A stretch of 64,000 nucleotides of DNA, from positions 9,178,634 to 9,242,633 of the forward strand of contig CP154954.1 in the NCBI GenBank assembly GCA_039621445.1, given 5' to 3'. Both the position numbers and the translations under genes were made by a program. The notes beneath the pieces are model-generated. The model worked only from the letters and a program-made list of their open reading frames with translations, did not search any database and was not told the origin of the DNA. Shown piece after piece: positions 11,743-22,277 of the stretch (the stretch's first letter is position 1; each line of letters opens with the position of its first letter). The DNA comes from Euglena gracilis (taxonomy: Eukaryota).

Positions 11743-14700
11743 ATGCTGCCTGGGCGCGGACCTGGACCAGGTCCACCATGGCCGCAGCCTTCTGGCGCGC
11801 CATACCCCCAGTACCCTCAGTATGCTGAGGCCCCGATTCCGGGTGCCCCACATGCTGAGAGGGTTTCAGCCCCGGTATTCGCCGCGGCTACCAGCAGCCG
11901 GTCCGCATATGCGGTACCAGATCCATCTGCCGTCCAGCAGCCGGCACCTCAGCCACCAGCGCAGCGCAGATCGCGCCTGCCCCCGTATGCGGGAGAGATG
12001 ATCTTCCGCACTACGGAGACGTTGGAGCGGGCGATGCGTATGTGCGCACACCCCCCAACGGAGCCCTTTATGCAAGCCCTTTGGGATGCATACTGCGCTC
12101 AGTGTTGGTGGTAGCCAACACCCCTGTGGCTCAGTGGTGTCCCTGCGGTCAAGCCCTGATGACGGGAGACGGTATTTCTCGTCCGCAGCCGATTCCGGCT
12201 TCGAACCCGGCGAGACCATGATGGACCTGGGCGTGTATGTGCCGCCCATGCTGCAAACGCAGACGCCGGTGGGATCCCACACCGTGCATATGCGTGAGCA
12301 CACGCCCCCACCGGTAGGTGAGGCTGTGCATGTCCCACCTGGGATGACGAGAATTTTTGCTCGCCCGCCCTCGCCGCAGCGAATGCCGCCGCGCGAGCCG
12401 CCAGCGGAGCAATTTGTCTCGCGGTACGCGACGCACGCGGATTACCCGCGCGGCGCACGCGTGCTCCCAGCCGGACAGTCGGACGTGCCCTCTGAGGCAT
12501 ACGTCCAACACATGTTCATGCACTGGATGCCACAAGCATCATCGGTCGCCCCTGCCCCTGGCGTTGAGCCACGGAGGCAGGCGGAGCCCATAGTGGTGGA
12601 GGATGAACCTTCCCACCGTGAGCCAGCCCGCCCAGTGCAGCCCCTGTCCAGACTGGGGATGTCCCCCGTCGGCAGGAGGCTCCCTACTATCATATGGCAC
12701 CTCCGGGAACCGAGCAGGATGAGCTTGCTCGGCACTTCCTGCAGGAGCCAGTATTCGCGTCTGAAGAGCACCGGACGAGGTATTACGCCTCTCTGGCTGC
12801 CCTTCAGGGTCGTGGATACACCCCCTACCATCCGTACCAGCCGCAGCTGCGGGTGGCAACCCCGGTATTACCCGGTGAGCCCCCGGCAGGAGCGGCAGGA
12901 TTACCTGCCACCCTGAAGCGCGATAGGGTTACGGAGAACCTTACCCCACAGCCCAGGCGACCCAGCCCACGGGACGCGGAAGGCGGTGCGGCAATGCAGG
13001 TGGAAGCCAGCCAGGATACCCTGGTCGGGCAACCACCGGCAGTGGCACAGGCAGCGATGAGCCGTCCTGTTGCCGCAATGCCACCGCCGATCCCTCCGGT
13101 ATGGAAGGAGCCGCGACCCCCTACGCCGAAACCAAGCCCACGCCAGGCTCCTAGCCAGCGCCCAATCACGCCGTCACCGCGACGTGCAGCGGAACGGCAA
13201 GGTCCCTCCCCAGAGATGGAATGGGAAGGTACCGAACCGACTCCTGCCGCACCGAGCGCCCGACCCTCTGGTATTCGCCAGACAGGGAAGGACAAAGGTA
13301 AGGCTGAGGGCAAAGGCAAGGGAGAAGGCAAAGGCGTGGCCGGCAAAGGTAAGGGTGAGGGCAAGGGTAAGGGTACAGCCCGTGAGGAGGAGGAAGAACC
13401 AGCAGAAGTCCTCTCGGACTTTGAGCAAATGCTCAGGTTCAAGGAGGAGCTGGAGGACGAAGGCTGGCGAATGCAGCATGATTACCATGTTGCAGGAAAC
13501 CGCCCCGTCACCCCTCCGGAGGCAGTCATCGAGGTGGTATTACACCACACCGAAAAAAGAGTCAGACAATTCCATTACGGAATTGACCTGTACGCCTTCG
13601 AAGGTGAAGGTGGCAGACCCTTGCTGGATGCCCAGCCGGGTTTCTGGGAACTCTGGTTTTGGCTGGGATACCCCTGCCAGAACTGGGGTCTCTTCAGCGA
13701 CTCCACTGGCCGCAGTTACCTGCACCAGTTAGGATTTCGGGACCAGCATGTGTTGGCCCGAAGGCTGAAGGCAATCTTCGACTGTATTCACACAGTCGGG
13801 CCCCTCGGTGTGCAGTGGAAATACTACCCACTGAACCCCGACATCGAACGCCTGATCGAGGTGTTGTGGTGCAACAACCTCCAGGTGTGGCTGGTGAGCC
13901 ATTACGGCTCCACCTTCCGCGTTAAGCGCGTTTCCCTGGCTTACCCACAGAGGTATGACCTCTGTTGTAAGTACTGCCGGCAGGAATTTCCTGTCGACTT
14001 CTGGGGATTCGGCGTGCGCGGAAGTCCTCCACCGCCTCGGGATAACCCGGGCCTGGAGATGGGACGCCGCATGCTTATGCATGTGTGCCGCGACGCCCCG
14101 GATGTCCAGGGCAAAAGTCGCCGCGTCCATAAGCAGCGTATTTTTATGCTGCAACAGTTCTGGTGGCGAGCCTGGACCACCTACGTCATGGAGGTGTATA
14201 TACATCTCCGTGACCCCCAGGACGATAGGCCTGGTATGGAAAGCTTGCCACCAGACTACGGCGACCCCGTTGAGGGACCTCGTCGTCGTCGGGTTATCGC
14301 CGACCTGCGCCCCAACTGGCACCTGGCCGGGATAGACCTGGAGGAACATTTGAGGCGACAGTTTGGCGGTACCCTCGACAGGGAGGTATTCCTCCAGCTG
14401 ATGACTCACCCGAAGGCCATCCTCGACCTGGGTATGCCGATTCTGGCATGCGTGCAGGAGTTCGAGGACGGGTTTTTCGAGGTCTGGGAAGACACGCGTT
14501 ACCGCGGCTTCCTGGGCCCGAACAGGCCTGCAAACGCTTGGGTGCAGCCATCATGGCCGCCACCCTGGCCCAACAGCGCCAGCAGCAGCACGCTGGCCTT
14601 TTACAGGCTGGCGGATGCCCAGGGATGCCGATGGCACCCCGACGATCCTCGTTCGCCCGAGGATCTGCGCGCCTTCATCGCCCCAGAGGATGAACCTCTG

Positions 14701-17256
14701 GCGCGAAGGAGACGGGAGGCGTCAGTCGCTTCCACCACCGCGATTCCGCGGCGGGAGGAACGCGACCGCAGCCCCTCCGTCACCATTCTGGAGGCAGCGC
14801 CGCCGTCTCCGACAGGAACGGCTGTATCCTTCGTCTCTGCCCCGCGAGCGGCAGGGGAAAGATCGGTTTCCCCGGCCCCCGCGACGGCTCCCGTCTGTCC
14901 ACCGGTAGGTGGAGACCAGGAACTTCCTGAGGAGGAAGGTGAGAACGTGGAGGATATCCTCTACGCTGCTCTGCATGCTCCGGCACAGCCTAGGCCAGAC
15001 GAAGCACCCGCAGGGGATATACCTGTGGCTGCTACGCCTGTTCCAACGGCTGAGCCTCCAGCCGAGATGACTGGTATGGTCGTCGAGGATATCCTCGAAG
15101 AACCTACCAGCCCCGCAGCACGCACCTCATTAGGAGGCCGTGTGCTCGGCGCCGTGGTCACTGGCATTACTGCCGTGGCTGCTGCACTAACGCCACGAGG
15201 TGGAGGTGTAGCATCAAGCTCCGCCGCTGAGGTCGTGGAGACACCAGATGTCGGTGTCCCCACACCCCCATCTCCGGCAACAGTGCAACCACCTTCAGGG
15301 GATGAACCCCAGCCGACAGAGCCATCTGTCGCACCGGCTACAGCGGAGGATCAACCTCCTGTAGCACCTGCGCCAGCGGTTGTGGAGGATCAACCTCCTA
15401 GACCGGATGTCGAAATGGAAGTGGAGGAGATACCCCCACGACCACCGACACCGCGCAGGGTCCCTGCCGCCCCGAGGACAATGGCAGAGTTTCTGGGAGC
15501 GCCAGCGCCTGTGGAAGCACCGATTCCGGTGACGACCACAGTGCCACGCCTCGTCGGACAGGATGAACCTGTTCGGCGACGGCCTGCTGAACAACCCCAG
15601 GAACGAATGCCAACCCCTCGGAGCGTCATGCGCGACCCAGCGGTCAGTATGCCCGCTTCGCCCAGACGGCAAACGTCTACTCCGGCACCATCGGCTCCTG
15701 ATACCAGGAGTAAGCCGCAGGCGTCGTCTCCTGATTCCGGGAGTGCGAAGCCGAAAGGAGGCAAATCGGGTGCTGCACCCTGTAAGCCCCCTTCCAAAGG
15801 CGGTGATGGGAAACCACCACCGAAAGGTGGCGCTGGAGGTCAGACTGGCGGACAGCCGAAAGGCCCTACGACAATGCACGACTATTCGGCCGTTGCATCG
15901 TCCGGGTACGGCCAGAGCAAACCGAAAGGTAAGGCTCGTGGTCGACAGGCCCAGTCTTCCGCCGGATCGACGGATGAGGAGCAGGATGAACCTGCTTCAC
16001 CTCCTGTGTCTGCGGATGCCCAGCTCTGGACCCAGGATATCCTGACCAGACTAGGCACCGTGGAAGAGAGGACGAAGAAACTGGCTGCTATTAGGCACCA
16101 GAAAGGGTCACTGAATCGATGGATTCAGCCCCTCTTCGTCCGCGGAGAACCTTTCCACTATGTCCCGGAACATACCTGGACATTCTGGAACAGGCGCTCA
16201 CCCAGAGTACTGGCACAGTACTTTGGTGAGGACTGCGTGTTGGATTTCCAGCACGGCACGTCCTTTGCCTGGACGTGCACCGTGTGCCACCATGTGCGGC
16301 ACAACCAACCGCTTGTGCATGTGTGCAAGCGGCAGGTGCAATCCTCGTGGTTCCATCACAGGGCATATGTGCCGAACTGTGTGGCGCTCGTATGTGGCGA
16401 GTGCCTGAACGCCTGGAAGCACAGCTTGAACTACTCCTACAGTGAGAATGCTCACGACAGGGATATCCCTGCCTTGTGCATCAACTGTATAGGAGGCAAG
16501 TTCGTGCAGACTGCTGATGGAGCAGTCATCACCATTGTCCCCCAGCACTGGGAGACACTGGAGAAGTGGAAGAAGGAGTACAAGCAGGTGGAAGGCCGCC
16601 TGAAGCACTCCGACTACAAAAAGGTAGAAAGCTACCGCCACACGGGAATGGCCCGTGAGTTCCAGATCGACGCTGGGGCAATGCGCCTCGCCGTCGAGGA
16701 ACACGCCAAGGTAAGAATGCCTTACCTCTGGACTGATGGCGACTGGGAGACACAGGTTTACCCCCTGTTCTCCAAGCGTCAGCATGGCGGATACGCCTTG
16801 CCACTGTGGCCTCCTGAAGAACACGATTTGGTGGACTTCAGAGGTTGGTTGGCGGCTGTATTACGGCCCCATACCGCAAGAGTTCGGACAGCGAGGTGGA
16901 TGTATGACATCAACTTCAAGCAGACCCCGGGGATGCCCCCGCAGGTGCCTGCGAATCACCCCCGGATGAATTACATCATCTGGCCGGTGATGCTGCCCAG
17001 AATTTTCTGGGAGCAACTCCAACGGTATCTTCAGCATCATGCTGAACGTACCAGGGAGAAGCTGCCGGATAATTGGATCAAGGACTGGGAGACCCCTTCC
17101 TTTGATGTCAACGATCCGGAGCTCAACACCATTCGGAGTGAATCAGCTCCACCGCGTTCCCCACGCCAACTGGAGTTGGTTGAGGACCCATTAGGGGACC
17201 CCCAACACGACTACTGGCGTGAGGTCCGCGAACGTCCAGCCAATAAAGGCAGGTGA
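11743..17256 (+). CDS. Extra ORF3 of A1, unknown function (~1,840 codons reconstructed; frameshifts in 5' part; 12694-17256 open)
   Basis: Lies between pol and the 3' LTR; 5' frame restored by comparison with 31432-32508; Pro-rich linkers and two Cys/His/Trp-rich domains. Confidence 0.85.
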
Positions 17257-18077
17257 GGTGTCTGTCAGCGCCAATGCGGCGTCTTTCAGCACCCTCGTCA
17301 GGTATTCGCCTGACACCCTGTTTGGGTATTCGCCCGAACAGCCCCTTCGAAGACCCTTTGCGGTATTCGCCGCTAGTAAGTTCCCACCGGGATGCTGCCA
17401 TGTGCAGGATTCCGTGCGCATGCATGCACACCCCTCTCCCCTCTCCCCTCTCGCGGGCGTGCGACACGCAGCGCACAGGGCCGACGGCCTCTTTTCCTTT
17501 CCCTTTCTTTTCTTTTCGGCCGTTTGAGGCCTTAAGGCTGCCAGACAGCACCATTTTTCTGGCCTAAGCCAACCCCCCACTCCTCTCTACTTTCCCCCCG
17601 GGGCAAATGCTGTCGCCGGCAGTTGGTTTTGTAGAGTAGGATTTCCTTTTGCGTGGTCAGGTTTGACTGGCCATGCGCCCTGCCCAGGTTTGACTGGTCA
17701 GAGGCCCCCTCCTTCCACACCCTCCCCATGGGTTTTCCTGGAATGCCCATGGACCCAACCCCAAGTGCCTTTGGCACACCCAAACAGGGTGGATGGGTTT
17801 GCTTGGCAAGGAAACCTGCCAGCCCCATTTTCCCCAATGGGCTATAATATACTATACCCCATAAGCCACCGCAAAATAGGTGAAACAATTTTGCGCGTTT
17901 TGGGCTTTTGGGTCCCCTCCTTTCCGCCCCCCCCCTTTGAGTGGACCCCTGTGCGACGGAAAGGGCCCCTGTGGATGCGCCAGGGTGCACCTCCCACAGA
18001 CCAGGTCTGTGTCCGAAATCCCTGTGGCCAGAATGCCTGGTCCAAAGGGGAAATCGGGCATAGCCCTGGGAGGGGGA

Positions 18078-18388
18078 TGTGTACCAGGCGTATGCTTCTG
18101 TCCCCTTCCGTTGAGGAAGTTAGGATGGAAGCAGATCCTATTAGGATTTCCTAATGGGTGCCCCTTCTCTCTCCACAGGTGGTATTCTTATTCTTCTTAT
18201 ACCTTTTCCTTGGACTGGACTTGGATTTCCAGTCCGTCCTCCCTGCATTGCTCCGTGCTTTGCTTCTTGGGAAGTGGGAAAAGGGTTTTTACTGTTACTC
18301 TGATTTTCAGTTCCCAAGTAGGTGCGCCAAGGCGAAAGCGAAGGCTTTTGGGAATTGGGAAAGGGGAATTGGGAATCAGACGTACACT
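18078..18388 (+). repeat. 3' LTR of A1
   Basis: Follows PPT GGGAGGGGGA; followed by TSD CTCTG. Confidence 0.95.
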
Positions 18389-18960
18389 CTCTGCCAGGAA
18401 GCAGTCAATCGGTCCTCCGAAGTCATCTTACAAGCCTTTGAGGACGTGGTGGGAGTCGCACTGAACACGACACAGAGACTGCAAGCAGCACTACCACTCT
18501 CTAAAGGAGGATGTGGGCTGCGCGTCCCCTCACACAACCAAGCAGCGGCCCGTATAGTAGTACTTTGTGCTTTCTACACTGAAGGGCATCGGAAAATTGG
18601 TCTGCCCCAATAGGCAAGAAGTCCCGTGGCAGATCTCATTGAGCCACCAGTGAGAGAACTGTGTGCTGCCCTACCCAACCATCCGACAGCCCCGAGACTG
18701 CTAGGAAACCTGGCAACAACCCAGACCGCAGGAAAAGATGAGCAGTCCCAAAAATGGTGGTCCAAAGAAATAGGCAAAACCACAATGGACAACCTGATTA
18801 ATCAATGCAAGCCACGGGACCAAGCCCGCCTTTTGGAACAGTCCTCAGGAATTGGTCATGGTTGGATGGCCTCTCCTCCCTCACCGGCTCCACACACAGT
18901 CTTCTCAAGTGATGAGTACTGTCTTGGGCTCAAATGGTGGCTTGGGCTGCCCATCATTGT
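18389..18960 (+). mobile_element. CRE-like non-LTR retrotransposon, 3' continuation (stop at ~18611)
   Basis: Rejoins in frame as SYLC-QEAV once A1 is removed; LPLSKGGCGL and WWLGLPI motifs. Confidence 0.85.
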
Positions 18961-19218
18961 TCGCCTTGCCTCAGCTCCTGACGCTTGGCGATGGCGTGCT
19001 TGATAGGGGTTGCTTGTCCTTAGTGTTACTGCTCGGCCGAAGCCGCAATGGTTTAATCGTGACAGGTCAGGTAGGCAACCTTTGTTGAACCGATGGTTCA
19101 CCGGCCCTTACCCATCAGGCACGCCAGGGTCAAGCCTCTGGTTGCTGATTTCCACTTCGGCGCCATCGGAACTTCCCCCTAGGGCTAGTGTCCCATGGCG
19201 GAGTGTAGCTCCACAAGC

Positions 19219-19243
19219 ACTTTCTGAGTGTCTATTTTTTTCG
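19219..19243 (+). other. Isolated SL exon copy (relic SL) without GT donor
   Basis: ACTTTCTGAGTGTCTATTTTTTTCG followed by CATAATACATGGCG. Confidence 0.75.
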
Positions 19244-19524
19244 CATAATACATGGCGGACAATTGAAAGCCCCAGGTGGGGTCAATATCCAAGTTAAGAG
19301 TTCAAATATCATCGAAGTTACTTACAAGTCCTGCTGGTGCAGGCAGAAGAAGTCCTGCTGGTGCAGGCAGAAATAGAAGTCAAGCACAAGTACAAGCTCA
19401 AGACAAGACATACAAGAACTCCAGCTCGAGCAGTTCAACGTGCGGTTGAAGTTCTTGGGCTTCTCAGCCCTTTTTGGTCTTGATGCTGCAGAACTTCCCC
19501 ATGCTGCTATGGGCTGTATTGGGC

Positions 19525-19710
19525 ATCAAAAGGCCCCCTCAACCCCGCCTCTTGCCTGAAAAGGCCCTGGGCCTGCTAATGGGCCTGAAAAGGCCCCTCC
19601 ACCCACTGGGCCTGAAAAGCCCCCCCCCCAGTCTCTTGGCCTGAAAAGGCCCCCTCAAACCAGCCAGTGGCAAAAAAAGGCTATGGGCCTGAAAAGGCCC
19701 CCTCCAACAG
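19525..19710. repeat. Degenerate GGCCTGAAAAGGCCCC repeat array
   Basis: About six spaced copies visible. Confidence 0.7.
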
Positions 19711-19732
19711 TGACCCCCCAATCACTGCACAC

Positions 19733-20254
19733 TGTGTACCAGGCAGCATGAACATGACACTATGCATAAAAGCAGTCTGCAGAATGTACAACGTCATGCT
19801 AGATAGTACTATTCCATGTTCTGCAACACAAATTGCAGAATTAGGAATAGCCTATCCTATCTCATATTTGCCTCCCTATTCACAGGTGGTATTATTTTGT
19901 TTCGCGCTTCATTGGCCTGAAAGGGCAAACCAAGATTTGAAGATTTGAACTCCGATAGGAGAAGACTACTGGAACTGAGGTTCCAAAATAACACCTGGTT
20001 TACCTTGTGCTCTGCATAAGCCCAAAGGCACTAAAAACTAATAGTTAAGTGAAAGACTTTTATTTCTGTTACTCTCCTGGTTCTGTTCCCATGGGAGGGT
20101 TTAAGTAGGCCGACAGGCAGGGAGGCAAACCCGAGAAAGGATAGGCTATTCGCAATTCTACAATTTGTGTTGCAGAACATGGAAAAGTACTATCTAGCAT
20201 GACATTGCACATTCTGCAGACTGCTGCTATGCACAGTGCCATGTTCATGCTGCC
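19733..20254. repeat. LTR-like fragment with an inverted copy of its first ~135 bp
   Basis: Starts TGTGTACCAGGC like A LTRs and contains CACAGGTGGT; ~19742-19876 is inverted at ~20120-20254. Confidence 0.65.
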
Positions 20255-20904
20255 CCTTCTACCATGTCCAACCACTGCAAACCCACCATGGATCCAACCA
20301 ATCTCTGGCTTTGCAAAGGTTCCTGCATTCTTCTCATACCCACCCTCATCACCAACCCTACATCAGTCTTTCCATTTGCATGCAAAGAGACCTTTTGGTG
20401 CTGACATCTTCCACCAACCCCCCAGATTGTTTTCAAAAGGTGTCTTCCATCTTCACCCCAGTTGTCTCACATCATCTATCAGACATCATTTCCCAATTCT
20501 GTTTCTCTTTGCCAGTTTTTGGGCCACTGGTTGCACCAACATCGGTTGTCTGTCCCCCTTTGTCACCTGGAACCTATTTGCATTCCATTTCTGTGCATTT
20601 ATTGTTGCTTTGTTTGAAAGTTCCAATGAAAACCTGTGTCCACAAAGAAAACTCAGTTCACCTGCTGATACCTTTTCGTTCAGACACATTTTGCCACCCC
20701 AACCTCCCTGTGACACCATTTTACCCCAGTGTCCTGCAATGACCATGGGCCTGCAAAGGCCCCCCTAGGACACCATTTCGACCTATTACATCATTTTGCT
20801 CCAATGGCCTGCAAAGGCCCTGGGCCGGAGTCGGAGTAAATGTTTCTTGATGGACCTGAGCATTGAAAACTTCTGCTTCCCAAGACTTTAGAAGAGTGCC
20901 TAAC

Positions 20905-21266
20905 TGTGTACCAGCCATCCTACAGATGGCCAACAACGGCCTGAATTAGGAATACCTATTCCTGCTGTCAATTATTCTGGTTCTCCTCTCCACAGGTGGT
21001 ATTTTATTTCATTCTGATGTTTCATTCAAGACTTGATTTCCAAGTTTGATTTTTCTCATTTGACGTCCTGAAAGGACAGCCAAGTCACTTGGCACTTTTC
21101 CTTGTCGTAGCCCATAGGGCTTCTCCCCTGTCTTGTGCTCTGCCTCTTAATTAGGGAAAAGGGCGAACAACTTTTATATTATTCTTTTCAATTTTAGCTG
21201 TTACTCCAACTTTTACCTTTTTTTGCACACCAAAGGGCGAAAGCGAGGAAAGGTTGGACGTACACT
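20905..21266 (+). repeat. 5' LTR of family B copy B1
   Basis: TGTGTACC...GACGTACACT followed by PBS TGGTAGCAG; shares CTCTCCACAGGTGGTATT with A LTRs. Confidence 0.8.
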
Positions 21267-22277
21267 TGGTAGCAGTTTAGGTTTTTCGATCCTTTTGACC
21301 GCAAACGGTCGTGTGGTGCCCCGCCATAGGCGATCACAGGCACTACAAGCCGTTTCCGGCCAAAGCCGTACGCACGGACACGTCCTCTGACGGTTCGCAG
21401 TATACGATGCTTCAAACCTCAGAGTTCGGGTCCCTGCTTACTTTTTATACTTTTCCCTCTTTTTGCACTTGTTTCTGCATTTTACACCACAATTCACACT
21501 TGGTTTTCGCATTTTTCCTTTAAAAATGCAGAGCACAACGCCAATTGACTACGCTGCAATGAACCTGCGGCATCGTTGACCAGCTCTATTGAGCATTCAC
21601 AACCCCATAGGGGTAATCAAGCATTGACTCATTTCATAGGTGATCCTCCTTCCCCGCGTGCGTCACACCTATCGGTATCTGTGTCGAGTAATCCCCCCCC
21701 CGCCCAATGGGCACTCCCACACCTATCGGTGTGAAGCTCTATAGAGCAACCCAATGCCCAACAGGCACAACTTCTTCTGTTGGAAAGCCGATCGGCTAAC
21801 ACCTATTCCCCCCGGCGAGATCTCGCACTAGTGCCGATAGGCACATTTGACTCTGAGGCGGATACTGTGTACCAGGCGTATGCTTCCGTCCCCTTCCGTT
21901 GAGGAAGTTAGGATGGAAGCAGATCCTATTAGGATCTCCTAATGGGTGCCCCTTCTCTCTCCACAGGTGGTATTCCTCTTTATACCTTTTCCTTCCTTTC
22001 CATCGGACCGGACTTGGTGATCCAGTCCGTCCTCCCTGCATTGCTCTGTGCTTTGCTTCTTGGGAAGTGGGAAAAGGGATTTTTCTGTTACTCTGCTTTT
22101 CAGTTCCCAAGTAGGTGCGCTAAGGCGAAAGAGAAGGCTTTTGGGAATTGGTAAAGGAGAATTGGGAATCAGATGTACACTTGGTAGCAGATTGGTTACG
22201 ATCCTACACATACTTCACAGAAAGAAAGGCTACCAGGTATTACACTTGGTAGCAGATTTGTTCGATCCTAGGCATCA

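Larger units (their letters stand above)
4222..18388 (+). mobile_element. Ty3/gypsy chromovirus-type LTR retrotransposon, copy A1 (internally rearranged)
   Basis: 311-bp LTRs 4222-4532 and 18078-18388; TSD CTCTG at 4217-4221 and 18389-18393; PBS at 4533; PPT at 18068-18077. Confidence 0.95.

Noticed and set aside
11743-17256. ORF3 as retroviral env
   Set aside because: No signal peptide or C-terminal TM anchor evident; mostly Pro-rich with Cys clusters
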